From NCBI RefSeq assembly GCF_001462395.1, contig NZ_LNTB01000001.1:420001-452000 (forward strand): a stretch of DNA of 32,000 bases, written 5' to 3'. The notes beneath the pieces are model-generated. The model saw only the letters and a program-made list of their open reading frames with translations. It had not been told where the DNA came from and did not search any database. The DNA comes from Pyrodictium occultum. GTDB taxonomy: Archaea > Thermoproteota > Thermoprotei_A > Sulfolobales > Pyrodictiaceae. This document shows positions 1-8,437 of the stretch, piece after piece. The first letter of the stretch is position 1. Every line of letters begins with the position of its first letter. Position numbers and translations under genes: made by a program.

Positions 1-225
1 CTTGAAGCGTGGGACCTTGCTGCCCACAAGCTTCCCTCGGAGCTTCTGCGCTATCTCCTCGGCCACCTCGAAGGCAACATCACTCTCGGCAAGACTCAAC
101 ACAAGCTCCTCTAGTATAGGCTCAAGCTCCTCCTCGCTTATCTCCTTGGTAGCTACAACCTCTGTGACATTGTCAACGAACTTCTTCAGCGCCTTCTTAA
201 GCCTCCCGAAGACCACACATACCAC
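1..225 (-). CDS. ftsY: Signal recognition particle receptor FtsY, N-terminal part (gene continues beyond the left edge of the window)
   Basis: My own minus-strand translation gives (V)VCVVFGRLKKALKKFVDNVTEVVATKEISEEELEPILEELVLSLAESDVAFEVAEEIAQKLRGKLVGSKVPRFK, a typical archaeal FtsY N-terminal helical region. Its position downstream of pfdA matches the conserved archaeal ftsY-pfdA-rplX-eif6 neighbourhood. The start is GTG at 225 or 216, with a T-rich TATA-like element (tcttttag) about 30-40 nt upstream. The listed + ORF 2..325 is its antisense shadow. Confidence 0.7.
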   Translation of the reverse strand, partial: MVCVVFGRLKKALKKFVDNVTEVVATKEISEEELEPILEELVLSLAESDVAFEVAEEIAQKLRGKLVGSKVPRFK

Positions 226-339
226 CCCGAGGGACAGCGCGCCGGCGTCTAAAAGAGAAGAGTGTGGCGCGCCAAGCCCAGGGGCAAGAGCCCTCCTGAG
301 CTCCGAGGGGACGGCTACGTGCTAGCGCCGCTGCCCTTC

Positions 340-798
340 TCAGCCACGAGCCCCCCTCTGCTGCTGGGCCGCCTGCAGAGCCTGCTCCACAGCCGAGCGC
401 AGAGCCACATAATGCTCGGTGAGCTTGGCCAGTTCCCTCCTATAGGCGTCAAGGAGCCTCGAGACTGATGCCCTCTCCTCCCTTAGAAAGGCCAGGGCCT
501 TATCCCGGGGAAGCTCGACGAACACATCGAGCCCAGCGTGAACTATGACCTGCTCCAGGGGCTTTACCGAGGCGCGCACAAGCACCTCGCCGCTGGTGTC
601 GAGAGGCACTAGGGCGTCTTCAGCACCATCATGAACATCCATAATGGCTTCCTCTACCGCAGAGAGCTGTGCCAGCCTAGACTCTAGCTCCGCTGCGGCC
701 GTCTGAAGCTGCTTTATCTGGCTCTCGAGGAGGGAGAGCTGCTCGATAGCCTCCTCAAGGGTTATAGCACGCTGCCCCTGCTGCCCGCCGGCACTCAA
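340..798 (-). CDS. pfdA: Prefoldin alpha subunit
   Basis: 152 aa with two long heptad coiled-coil arms (LEEAIEQLSLLESQIKQLQTAAAELESRLAQL ... LLDAYRRELAKLTEHYVALRSAVEQAL) flanking a beta hairpin core. It overlaps the LX gene by 4 nt, as in the conserved cluster. Confidence 0.85.
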   Translation of the reverse strand: MSAGGQQGQRAITLEEAIEQLSLLESQIKQLQTAAAELESRLAQLSAVEEAIMDVHDGAEDALVPLDTSGEVLVRASVKPLEQVIVHAGLDVFVELPRDKALAFLREERASVSRLLDAYRRELAKLTEHYVALRSAVEQALQAAQQQRGARG

Positions 799-1058
799 GG
801 CTTAACCCACCTGGTGAGCCTCGCCAGGGCTAGGAGACTGCGATCCGGAACCTCATCGGGGGGCACCTCGACAACGCGATCAATCTTTATATGGTACCTC
901 TTCAGCTTGTGGTTGCTGCCTAGCTCCGATAGCACCTTCTCCACAGCATGCTCCGGCTTCAGCGCACGAACGTACTTGCGGAACCTCCACCACTCCGGCA
1001 TCTTATGGGGCCGTATTAGCATCCTGCCCTCAACGAGGAAGAACTTAACCTCGCCCAT
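795..1058 (-). CDS. rplX: 50S ribosomal protein LX (L18Ae/eL20 family)
   Basis: 87 aa. KFFLVEGRM...FRKYVRALKPEHAVEKVLSELGSNHKLKRYHIKIDRVVEV matches the LX/L18Ae pattern. It sits between pfdA and eif6 as in other archaea. Confidence 0.85.
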   Translation of the reverse strand: MGEVKFFLVEGRMLIRPHKMPEWWRFRKYVRALKPEHAVEKVLSELGSNHKLKRYHIKIDRVVEVPPDEVPDRSLLALARLTRWVKP

Positions 1059-1088
1059 ACCGTGCCCCCGGGGGTCTGTGGGCCAGCG

Positions 1089-1766
1089 CTAGCCTCCAAG
1101 TCTTAAGGCTTGCTGGATCCTCATAAGCTCCGGGCCTGTAGTCTCGTCGCCTACGAGCGCTCCCTTGTTATTAGCCACGAGCCCTGCCTTCACGAAGTAG
1201 AGGCCAAAGTTGACGGTAGCTGTAGATACCTCCACGCGGAATATGTTGCTGAGAAGCTTCCTCTCCTCCTCGCTGACTCCCGGATGCACCACCCCGCCAC
1301 GATCCGTGACAACGATCATGGAGCCCACGGTAGGTATGTCTGCTAGATGCCTCTGGTAGACAGCCTCAACACCCAACACGTTCTTAATCTTCTCGAGAGC
1401 AGGCTTATCAATAGTGGGCGACACCAATGCGCCATAGTTGTTAGCCGCTATAAGGTTCCCGAGAGCCGTCTGCCTAATCTCGAGTATCTCCAGCCTAACC
1501 GCATCACCAATGTATTCCTTCAGCTCATCATACTCCTCGGGCTTTATAATCCTCGGGAGGAGGAGGCCCCGGTCATTCCCCGCCACCATGACGCCATTGA
1601 TAATCATGTCGGCTATCTTGACAGCGACCACTTCCACGCCGAGAACGTCGGCAACCTTCTTCCTATCCTTCTCAGTTATCGTAGGCGGGACCAGCGCTAT
1701 CTTATTGTTAGCAAATATGTAGACACCTATGTTCGGGTTCCCATGCACGTTCATGTATTCGATCAA
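1089..1766 (-). CDS. eif6: Translation initiation factor 6 (aIF6)
   Basis: 225 aa with a pentein-like repeat organisation and typical motifs: [63 protein letters not shown]. Confidence 0.95.
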   Translation of the reverse strand: MIEYMNVHGNPNIGVYIFANNKIALVPPTITEKDRKKVADVLGVEVVAVKIADMIINGVMVAGNDRGLLLPRIIKPEEYDELKEYIGDAVRLEILEIRQTALGNLIAANNYGALVSPTIDKPALEKIKNVLGVEAVYQRHLADIPTVGSMIVVTDRGGVVHPGVSEEERKLLSNIFRVEVSTATVNFGLYFVKAGLVANNKGALVGDETTGPELMRIQQALRLGG

Positions 1767-1852
1767 TCAGCGTCCCCTGGGATCGCTGCTCCACGAGCCT
1801 AGGATAATTAGGAGTACTGCCTCAGGAGGATGAAGCGAGCCGGGGCAAAACT

Positions 1853-2152
1853 CTAGGCCTGGGCCTTGGCAGCCTCCTTCCTCCTGCGGAGGAGGAGAAC
1901 CTTAACCCTGCCGGTCTCCTCGTCCTTAACGGCCTTCACTGTTATGCGGCGTGGCGGCTTCTCTATCCCGCGAGACCATATGTACTCGTTGACGCTTGCA
2001 TGTATCACTACGTCAGACGGGTCTACGCCGAAGTGCCTAGCTATGAACCTCCGTAGAAGCTTTACCGCACGGGCCGCCCGGTTAACGCGGCGCCCCCAGT
2101 AGACGCGGGATAGGGGTATGGTGTATACCGCCTCCTTCTTATCCTTGGGCAC
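1853..2152 (-). CDS. rpl31e: 50S ribosomal protein L31e
   Basis: 99 aa. YTIPLSRVYWGRRVNRAARAVKLLRRFIARHFG...IWSRGIEKPPRRITVKA is the L31e signature region. Confidence 0.95.
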   Translation of the reverse strand: MPKDKKEAVYTIPLSRVYWGRRVNRAARAVKLLRRFIARHFGVDPSDVVIHASVNEYIWSRGIEKPPRRITVKAVKDEETGRVKVLLLRRRKEAAKAQA

Positions 2153-2176
2153 CGGGACGCACCCCCATCAGCGCTA

Positions 2177-2332
2177 CTAGGCCTTGAGCTTCACCCTCCT
2201 CCAGTGCCTGCGCTTCGGGTGGTCGCGGAACCTCCTGCTAGTCCTTATCACCACCCATATGGGCACTGCCCGGTTCTGCTTGAGTGCCCTGGCGAGCCTC
2301 AGCTTCTTACCCAGCGGCTTGAAGCGAGCCAT
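2177..2332 (-). CDS. rpl39e: 50S ribosomal protein L39e (not in the ORF track because it is under 60 aa)
   Basis: My own translation gives [51 protein letters not shown] (51 aa). ATG is at 2332 and TAG at 2177..2179. The basic L39e pattern is clear, and the position immediately downstream of rpl31e is the conserved one. Confidence 0.9.
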   Translation of the reverse strand: MARFKPLGKKLRLARALKQNRAVPIWVVIRTSRRFRDHPKRRHWRRVKLKA

Positions 2333-2366
2333 ACCACCTAGCCCCCGTGCATCACGGCCCCCGGGG

Positions 2367-2726
2367 CTACTTTCTTTTAATCTTTATACGCGGCTCGCGC
2401 CTCGTCCTCTCGTATATGGCCTCAAGGAGCCTCTTTACAACATCCTCGCCGACTGGCGGCTGCAGCTGTCCCGCCTGCACAAGCGCTATTATATTGTCCT
2501 CGACGGCTCTGGCTAGCTCGGGCCTCACGAGCTTCACGTTGGCGAGCCTCTCCCTAGCCTCCGGCGTCAGTATGTTGCGAAGGAGCGCCTCCCTCCTCGC
2601 GGCCTCCTCCTGCCGGCGGCGGCGCATCTCCTCCTCCATCTGGAGCCGGCGCTGCAGCTCCTCCAGCTTCTTCCTCTTGATAGCCTCGAGATCCTCGTCG
2701 TAGTAGTCGGACACTGCCCCACACAC
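2367..2726 (-). CDS. PDCD5/TFAR19-like double-stranded DNA-binding protein
   Basis: 119 aa. [15 protein letters not shown]...[43 protein letters not shown] is the archaeal PDCD5-family pattern. Confidence 0.85.
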   Translation of the reverse strand: MCGAVSDYYDEDLEAIKRKKLEELQRRLQMEEEMRRRRQEEAARREALLRNILTPEARERLANVKLVRPELARAVEDNIIALVQAGQLQPPVGEDVVKRLLEAIYERTRREPRIKIKRK

Positions 2727-2867
2727 CCCCCCGGGGCTTTTAGGGAGCAGGTTCTACTTAGGGTTTAGGGCTGAGACTATGCAGGCCCCGAAGTATCCTC
2801 CAGCCCCCAGAGGCTGCAGAGCCGCGAGAATGCTCTGAGGGCCTCTCAGGAAACAGGGATGCCGCCT

Positions 2868-3329
2868 CTAGGCGAGGTACTTGCGGAGGGCGGGGTTCTT
2901 CTCAGCAAGCTCCTTCAGTATCTCGTAGGCGGTGTTGTCGAGCAGGCTGCGGCCTCTGGGGCTTAGGCTGCGGCCCCTACCCCTCACCTTCACTACGAGT
3001 CCTGCGCGCTCGAGCTGCTGGAGTATCTTCCTCACCACGGAGCCGGAGCCCTTGGCGAAGTGCTCCGGGGCTACGCCGCGGTTCACCCTGCCGCCGTAGG
3101 CGGTGCGGAGCCTCTCAACGCCCACGGGGGTGCCACGCTTATAGAGCTTCCTGAGTATCGAGGCCGCGCGGTAGTACCACCAGTCGGGGTCCTCCGGGGG
3201 CCTCTCCTTGTGCACCCCGGTCTTCGCGTAGTAGGCCCAGACGGGGGGCCTTATCTGGGGCATCTGCTTCAGCTTCTGGGCCAAACGCTCTATGAGCAGG
3301 TCGGCTGGGACCTCTAGCGCTGTGACCAT
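2868..3329 (-). CDS. rps19e: 30S ribosomal protein S19e
   Basis: 153 aa. [36 protein letters not shown]...[29 protein letters not shown] is the S19e signature. Confidence 0.95.
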   Translation of the reverse strand: MVTALEVPADLLIERLAQKLKQMPQIRPPVWAYYAKTGVHKERPPEDPDWWYYRAASILRKLYKRGTPVGVERLRTAYGGRVNRGVAPEHFAKGSGSVVRKILQQLERAGLVVKVRGRGRSLSPRGRSLLDNTAYEILKELAEKNPALRKYLA

Positions 3330-3682
3330 ACCGTCCTCCTCCCCACTGCGCCCCGCTCCCGGCTGGACCGTATTTTATTCCTTACATTAGCCTCTGGGCG
3401 CTCCCGCCGCGGCTCCGGCCGATAGAGGACAAAGGTGCGGCCCCTCACGTCGAGCAGCCGGGCCCCCAGCCTCTCGGCCACCCGACGAGCGAGCTCCCTA
3501 CGGTCTAGCCCCGTGACCTTTATGGCGCTCTTGAGGGCCTTAACCTTCACTATGCTCTTCTCCTTCAGCCGGCGGTCTATCTCGCCCAGCACGCCCTCGC
3601 TCAGCCCGTTCTTCCCTATGATCACGTCCGCGGGCCCCTGCTGAACCAGCTCCTTCAGCCTTGATAGATGCCCCCTCCGCAC
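3314..3682 (-). CDS. YhbY/CRS1 (CRM-domain) RNA-binding protein
   Basis: 122 aa with a GTG start. [40 protein letters not shown]...[27 protein letters not shown] carries the GKNG motif and the YhbY fold pattern. The 3' end overlaps the rps19e start by 16 nt. Confidence 0.8.
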   Translation of the reverse strand: MRRGHLSRLKELVQQGPADVIIGKNGLSEGVLGEIDRRLKEKSIVKVKALKSAIKVTGLDRRELARRVAERLGARLLDVRGRTFVLYRPEPRRERPEANVRNKIRSSRERGAVGRRTVWSQR

Positions 3683-4019
3683 GGCTCCTCCGGACCCTTA
3701 CGATATAGCGGTGCAGGTACCCGCATATAAGGCATGCCACGACCAGCCTCGTAACCCTCCCATCCCGGACGAGGCGGACACGCGCGGTGATGCCTGGGAC
3801 TAGCGGTGCACCACAGCCACGGCAGACACCGCGGCGGAGCACCCAGGGCTTGGGGAGCCGTAACCTCCTCCTCAGCTCATCCGCCTCCCTCACCAGTGCC
3901 CTGGCGTAGTCTACGTCGCCCCGCCTAGCAGCGTCTACAGCGAGCCTATAGAGCCTATGTACTGCCTGCATCGCTATGTCGCGGGCAAACTCCTTAGCGC
4001 TCCTCGGTCTCCGAGCCAC
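3540..4019 (-). CDS. rnp4: RNase P protein component 4 (Rpp21/Rpr2 family)
   Basis: 159 aa. An N-terminal helical region (IAMQAVHRLYRLAVDAARRGD...YARALVREADELRRRLRL) is followed by a zinc ribbon, CRGCGAPLVPGITARVRL...VVACLICGYLHRY. A long Arg/Glu/Gly-rich tail overlaps the yhbY-like gene by 143 nt out of frame. Confidence 0.85.
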   Translation of the reverse strand: MARRPRSAKEFARDIAMQAVHRLYRLAVDAARRGDVDYARALVREADELRRRLRLPKPWVLRRGVCRGCGAPLVPGITARVRLVRDGRVTRLVVACLICGYLHRYIVRVRRSRAEGASIKAEGAGSAGARGRDHREERAERGRAGRDRPPAEGEEHSEG

Positions 4020-4056
4020 GCTCTGGCCACCACCCCAGCGAGGTGCCCGGTGAAGG

Positions 4057-4764
4057 ATGCAGCGTAGCGGGGAGAAGCCCAGAGTTAAACTCGTGCTAGC
4101 CGAGGCGGCCCTGGAGACAGTGCCGAGGGAGATCTGGGGGCACCCCGCCGTCTACAAGAGCGCCAGGAGGAGAGGGAAGCCGCCGAGCAGCATCCTGCTC
4201 GACAGGAGCATTCACCACCAGGCAATGAAGAAGCTACCCGGCGCGGAGAAGAGGGGCAGGCCCGATATAGTCCACTTCTCTCTCCTCGAGGCGCTCAGCA
4301 GCCCCCTCAACCGGGAGGGGCTCCTCGAGGTATACGTGCACACGCTGAACGACTACGTAGTGTTCGTAGACCCCTCCACCAGGCTGCCCAGAAACTACAA
4401 CCGGTTCACGGGGCTTATGGAGCAGCTCTTAGAGCTGGGGCGGGTGCCCCCCAAGGGCAAGCCGCTCCTCTGGCTGAAGCCAATGAAGCTGGAGCGCCTC
4501 CTGGAAGAGGTGGGGGCCAGCTATGTAATACTGCTCTCCGAGGACGGGGAGCCGAGGAGGCTCCGAGAGGTGGCCGAGGAGGCTCTGGAGAAGGCCCCCA
4601 GAGCCGCCGTCGTTGTCGGCGCATTCCCCCACGGAGACTTCACCGAGGAGACCAAGAGGCTTGCCACGAGGATCTACAGCATATACCGTGGAAAGCCGCT
4701 GGACACGTGGACCGTTGTATCCCACTTCCTAGCCCTAGCAGCGGACATGCTCAACCTAATTTAG
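4057..4764 (+). CDS. nep1: Ribosomal RNA small subunit pseudouridine methyltransferase Nep1/Emg1
   Basis: 235 aa. LVLAEAALETVP, LLDRSIHHQAM, RGRPDIVHFSLLEALSSPLN and YVHTLNDYVVFVDPSTRLPRNYNRFTGLMEQLL are SPOUT-class Nep1 motifs. Confidence 0.9.
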   Translation: MQRSGEKPRVKLVLAEAALETVPREIWGHPAVYKSARRRGKPPSSILLDRSIHHQAMKKLPGAEKRGRPDIVHFSLLEALSSPLNREGLLEVYVHTLNDYVVFVDPSTRLPRNYNRFTGLMEQLLELGRVPPKGKPLLWLKPMKLERLLEEVGASYVILLSEDGEPRRLREVAEEALEKAPRAAVVVGAFPHGDFTEETKRLATRIYSIYRGKPLDTWTVVSHFLALAADMLNLI

Positions 4765-4835
4765 CTCGCCGGGCCCCTGGAGGGGCCGCAGCGCCTGGAT
4801 GGGGAGGCGCATCCCCCTTGGCATCCGCGCTGTAC

Positions 4836-5186
4836 ATGCTAATACCCAGCAGCACACTCGCTTTTATACAGGGGTTGGAGCTCTTCAACATAGTGCTCGT
4901 ACTCATACTAGTGGCCCTCGGCATAGCGCCGTCGCTGCGGAGGCTACTCCTTACAATCATAGCGCTGTTGCACGTGGCCTATGTGAAGGCCTACATATCT
5001 ACTTACGGCCTCCAGCTGGCCCTTAAGCCGGGCCTAGACGTCTTCGTTGATAGGAGGGGCCACGCGTCAGCTATGCTCGACCTCGCGCAGCTCTCGGCGG
5101 CAGGCTTACTGGTAGACCTGCTCTACGAGCGCTATCTTAGGGCGAGAAGGAGAACAATCAATATAAACCCCCAGGAGCCCTCTTAG
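4836..5186 (+). CDS. Small hypothetical membrane protein (start moved to the internal ATG)
   Basis: The ORF 4707..5186 overlaps nep1, and its first 43 residues are Pro/Gly/Ala-rich filler. From ATG 4836 the product (116 aa) begins with hydrophobic helices (MLIPSSTLAFIQGLELFNIVLVLILVALGIAPSL..., LLLTIIALLHVAYV). I recognise no family. Confidence 0.45.
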   Translation: MLIPSSTLAFIQGLELFNIVLVLILVALGIAPSLRRLLLTIIALLHVAYVKAYISTYGLQLALKPGLDVFVDRRGHASAMLDLAQLSAAGLLVDLLYERYLRARRRTININPQEPS

Positions 5187-5221
5187 CCATCAGCATGGAT
5201 GGAACGGCGGCTGCGCGGCGT

Positions 5222-5299
5222 GCCGCGGTAGTATAGCCCGGCCAAGTATGCGGGCCTCTCGAGCCCGTGACCCGGGTTCAAATCCCGGCCGCGGCACCA
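5222..5299 (+). tRNA. tRNA-Glu (anticodon CUC), CCA encoded
   Basis: A manual cloverleaf works: acceptor GCCGCGG/CCGCGGC; D arm GTAT-AGCCCGGCCAA-GTAT; anticodon stem CGGGC/GCCCG with loop CT-CTC-GA (anticodon at 5258..5260); 4-nt variable region; T arm CCGGG-TTCAAAT-CCCGG; discriminator A; CCA at 5297..5299. Confidence 0.9.
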
Positions 5300-5423
5300 C
5301 CCATAACCAACCCCCATGAGGCGCCGCATCGCGCATAGGTCTCCAGCGGCAAGGCCTACATTACATGTTCACGCCGTTACACTGGCGGGGGCTGGGTCCT
5401 CAGGAGAACATGCTGAGGGATCC

Positions 5424-5885
5424 TCACTTCCGGCCGCTGAGGGGTTTCACTGCTCTAAGCTTCGGGCCTCCCTCCATGAAGCCCTCGGGGAAGTACATGT
5501 CGGCTATACCGGTGAACCCATGGGCGGCTAGCATCCTGCCTATCCATGTCTCCTCGGGCCTGGCTCCCCTGTCTAGCAGCGTATCAGTGTCTCTGTCGCC
5601 GGCGTACTCTATGAACAATGTCTCGCCGGGCTCTAGAGCCCCAGAGGCTGCCTCTACAAGCTTCTCTAGCAGACCTTGACGGGCTCTGCTCCAGTCTATG
5701 CCGTAGATCTCGAGCCAGCCCCGGTAGTAGGGTGGGCGGCCCTCGAAGAGCCTTATGTATGCTAGGTGGTGGTTCTCGGCGAGTACTTCCACGTCGTGCA
5801 TCTCTCGTATCCTTGGCTTGCGGAGTGGCTGGGGCTTGAGGCCCATCCGCTTCAGGAGGGCTACCAGCGTCTCAAGCCTAGCCAT
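5424..5885 (-). CDS. Conserved archaeal hypothetical protein (possibly DUF1122-like, from memory only)
   Basis: 153 aa with non-repetitive, globular-looking composition (YIRLFEGRPPYYRGWLEIYGIDW..., ETLFIEYAGDRDTDTLLDRG...). No catalytic motif is recognised. Confidence 0.55.
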   Translation of the reverse strand: MARLETLVALLKRMGLKPQPLRKPRIREMHDVEVLAENHHLAYIRLFEGRPPYYRGWLEIYGIDWSRARQGLLEKLVEAASGALEPGETLFIEYAGDRDTDTLLDRGARPEETWIGRMLAAHGFTGIADMYFPEGFMEGGPKLRAVKPLSGRK

Positions 5886-6061
5886 TGCTGTCTACACCCC
5901 ACTCGTCTCATTCATCTCCCTTGGGGCTTGCGCCAGGGGGTCCTGGAGGGCCCCGATCTAATGGGGGTGGCGGTGTTTCATCTCCTGAAGAGCTTCTCAC
6001 AATCGATTATGCATTAACTGCCAGCCCCTCCTACACCCTTACCAGGCTACGAGCCTTGTTC

Positions 6062-6355
6062 ATGAAGCACCCGCTAGATGTAACAAGGGATGTACTCGCA
6101 GGCGGCGACCTGGCTGACGCCGTGCGCCTAGCTATTATAGCTGAGCTTGACGCTATAAGCTTCTACCTCCAGGTGGCGCGGCGCACCCAGGATAGAGCTG
6201 CGAGGAAGGTCTTCGAGGATGTTGCGAGAGAGGAGAAGACTCACGTAGGTGAGTTCCTCGCCCTGCTGAAGCGGCTTGACCCGGATCAGGCAGAGGAGCT
6301 CGAGAAGGGCTTCCGAGAAGTAGAGGAGATGCTTGAGGAGCGGAGAGAGTCCTAG
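6062..6355 (+). CDS. Small ferritin-like/rubrerythrin-family di-iron protein (EncFtn-like architecture, no targeting tail)
   Basis: From ATG 6062 the product is 97 aa. AVRLAIIAELDAISFYLQVA....FEDVAREEKTHVGEFLALLKRLDP gives the E...Y and EExxH helices of a half-ferritin. The region upstream of 6062 in the same ORF is Pro/Gly/Ser filler. An AT-rich box (cgattatgcattaa) lies about 50 nt upstream of the ATG. Confidence 0.7.
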   Translation: MKHPLDVTRDVLAGGDLADAVRLAIIAELDAISFYLQVARRTQDRAARKVFEDVAREEKTHVGEFLALLKRLDPDQAEELEKGFREVEEMLEERRES

Positions 6356-6499
6356 AGGAGCGCCCACCTCTGCTGGCCACTCTTCTCTGCTCCGGAGAGC
6401 CCTGCAGCACCCACCCACGGGGCCGGGGCCACACGCCCACCGGCTTTTATACCCATGTTAAAGCGGCTCCACCCCTGCACCCGGGGAGGCCTGGTAGCC

Positions 6500-6967
6500 G
6501 TGGTGCTTGAGCCCGGATCCGAGGCCCCGGTATTCGAGGCGGTCACGCACACCGGCTCCAAGCTGCGGCTCGACGAGCTCCGGGGCAGGATAGTGGTGCT
6601 CTACTTCTACCCCCGTGCCATGACACCGGGATGTACGAGGGAGGCTCAGAGGTTCAACGAGCTTCTCGACGAGTTCGAGCGTCTCGGCGCTGTGGTGCTG
6701 GGCGTCTCCACAGACCCGCCCGAGAGGAATCGAAGGTTCGCCGAGAAGCTGGGCCTGCGCTTCACCCTGCTTAGCGACCCGGAGGGCGAGATAGCCCGGC
6801 TCTATGGAGTGCTCAAGGAGGGTACCAAGAGGCCGAGCGCCCAGCGGGTGACATTCATAATAGACAAGGAGGGCAGGATAGTAGAGGTTCTGAAGAACAT
6901 AAGGCCGGCCGAGAAGCATGCCGACCTGGCGCTCGAGGCAGTGAAGAGGCTGGCTGGGGAGGGCTAG
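6500..6967 (+). CDS. bcp: Peroxiredoxin Bcp (thiol peroxidase, AhpC/TSA family)
   Basis: GSEAPVFEAVTHTGSKLRLDELRGRIVVLYFYPRAMTPGCTREAQRFNE...GVSTDPPERNRRFAEKLGLRFTLLSDPEG carries the PGCT peroxidatic motif. The listed ORF starts at ATG 6455, but the TATA-like cttttatac (6442..6450) is only 5 nt from that ATG. It lies about 50 nt from in-frame GTG 6500, which gives a canonical MVLEPGSEAP N-terminus, so I prefer 6500. Confidence 0.9.
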   Translation: MVLEPGSEAPVFEAVTHTGSKLRLDELRGRIVVLYFYPRAMTPGCTREAQRFNELLDEFERLGAVVLGVSTDPPERNRRFAEKLGLRFTLLSDPEGEIARLYGVLKEGTKRPSAQRVTFIIDKEGRIVEVLKNIRPAEKHADLALEAVKRLAGEG

Positions 6968-7046
6968 AGGGGGGAGAAGCAACCTTGGGGCTGGCGTTTC
7001 CCCTGCCGCCTGTCCTGGCCTAAAATAGCCGGTGGAGAAGCTGAGG

Positions 7047-7886
7047 CTACTCTTTCTGCTCCTTCTGCTCCCCGCCGGCCTCTTTGCCGGGCTTCTCGCT
7101 GCCCGCCTCGCCGCCGGCCTCCTGGCCCTGCCTGCCAGCGGTTGTTCCCTCCTTCTCGCCGGCCTCCCTCTCTTCTTCGGGGAACCTCATCCTCTCCACG
7201 AACTCTATAGCCTTTAGATCATTCTTCATGTACTTGTAGGCCTCCATTATCACTATCCGCTTAACCACCTGGAAGTCGTTTATCCCGAACACCTTCTCGC
7301 TGAGCTCTACCCTAGCTGTCTTCGCCTCGGCGTCGTAGCTCACTTTCACATCCTCCGGAGTTATAGAGGGTGGCGTGCGCCTCAGTATGAGGTGCTGGAG
7401 CTTCTCCTCCGGGCTCCTGAGCACCTTTACTACCTTGACTTTTGCTACTATGGTCTTCCCAGCCAGCGGGTGGTTGAAGTCAACTACCACTCTGCCGCCG
7501 GTCACACTCCTTATCACTGCCAACTGGCTGTTAATCTCCACTATCTTCCCCGGCTCGGGGAACACCCCGCTCTTTATGAACTGGCCCTTTGGTATTATCT
7601 TTATCTTCTCCGGGTCTCTCTTGCCGAAAGCCTCCTCGGGGGGTATCTCGATCTCCCTCTCCTCACCCTCACTCATCTCCCGGATTGCCTTCTCAAGCCC
7701 TGGTATGAGGCGGCCCTCGCCCACTATGACTAGGCGCGGCCCATACCGGTCCTTGGGATCGTATATGCCGGCCTTCCGCGCCTCCTCCTCACTGGTTGTG
7801 TCGACTACCCTACCAGTATCCTTGACCCGAAGCGTGTACTCGATGAGCGCGAAGGCCCCATCCTCTAGCGGCATCGCTGCCTTCAC
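7047..7886 (-). CDS. Long-type archaeal FKBP peptidyl-prolyl cis-trans isomerase with IF (flap) insert
   Basis: 279 aa. IEYTLRVKDTGRVVDTT...GPRLVIVGEGRLIPGLEKAIREMSEGEEREIEIPPEEAFGKRDP...VVVDFNHPLAGKTIVAKVKVVKV is the FKBP/SlyD pattern. There is a C-terminal domain and an acidic Gly/Glu/Lys low-complexity tail. Confidence 0.9.
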   Translation of the reverse strand: MKAAMPLEDGAFALIEYTLRVKDTGRVVDTTSEEEARKAGIYDPKDRYGPRLVIVGEGRLIPGLEKAIREMSEGEEREIEIPPEEAFGKRDPEKIKIIPKGQFIKSGVFPEPGKIVEINSQLAVIRSVTGGRVVVDFNHPLAGKTIVAKVKVVKVLRSPEEKLQHLILRRTPPSITPEDVKVSYDAEAKTARVELSEKVFGINDFQVVKRIVIMEAYKYMKNDLKAIEFVERMRFPEEEREAGEKEGTTAGRQGQEAGGEAGSEKPGKEAGGEQKEQKE

Positions 7887-8437
7887 ACCCCGCTTCTAAG
7901 GTACCAGCCAGCGTCCACTATGTTCTCGATATAAATTCTGTCGCGGCGTCTGCGCGACCGCCCCCAGCCGAGTGGCTCCATACGAGCGTTAGCCACGAGG
8001 ACGGGGTATCGGGAGCACTCTACTCCTGGCATCGGGGTGTAGCGGAGTATCGACTCGGGGAGCACGTCGCGGCCGTAGAGGAAGAGCTTCTCTCCCTTCT
8101 CCCCCACAACGGCTAGGCCGCGGCTGGGCCTCAGCCGGTGCCTAGCTAGGAGCGAGCAGAGGCCGAGAAGCGGGATGAGCCTCCCCTGGCGGAGCCTGGC
8201 TACATGCACACCCACCGAGGCGAGCGCCCCGCGGGCGGCGTCGGGCAGCCCCGCGAGCGCCGCGGCAAGGGGCCTTGACAGGGCGTAGATGTCCTCTACA
8301 CCGTTATCCCTTCTCCTGCAGAGCAGCCCCAGGCCCAGATCCTCGAGGCTCCTGGGTACGCCGAGGCAGCTGAGCAGCTTCTCTAGCTCCCCTCTGGCCC
8401 TGGGGCTGCAGGCTACCCAGTCTTCACCAGCCTGCAT
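7883..8437 (-). CDS. NIP7 homologue (UPF0113; pre-PUA plus PUA domain ribosome-biogenesis protein)
   Basis: SVGVHVARLRQGRLIPLL...VVGEKGEKLFLYGRDVLPESILRY...YPVLVANARMEPLGWGRS...IENIVDAGWYLR parallels the eukaryotic NIP7 C-terminal half (FLYG..VL...; PLGFG; D.GEY.R). I place the start at ATG 8437 (184 aa). The track start at 8485 would overlap the upstream methyltransferase by 72 nt. Confidence 0.75.
   Translation of the reverse strand: MQAGEDWVACSPRARGELEKLLSCLGVPRSLEDLGLGLLCRRRDNGVEDIYALSRPLAAALAGLPDAARGALASVGVHVARLRQGRLIPLLGLCSLLARHRLRPSRGLAVVGEKGEKLFLYGRDVLPESILRYTPMPGVECSRYPVLVANARMEPLGWGRSRRRRDRIYIENIVDAGWYLRSGV

Noticed and set aside
2-325. Listed + strand ORF of 107 aa at the left edge.
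   Set aside because: It has Ser/Thr/Leu-rich low-information composition. The opposite strand encodes a clear FtsY N-terminus in the conserved position.
4707-4835. Upstream part of ORF 4707..5186 overlapping the nep1 3' end.
   Set aside because: It translates to Pro/Gly/Ala/Ser filler in a frame overlapping a well-supported gene. The internal ATG 4836 begins the hydrophobic protein proper.
5222-5299. tRNA-Glu as an integration site for a mobile element.
   Set aside because: I noticed no second copy of the tRNA 3' half anywhere in the window and no integrase-like ORF. Both flanks are ordinary conserved genes.
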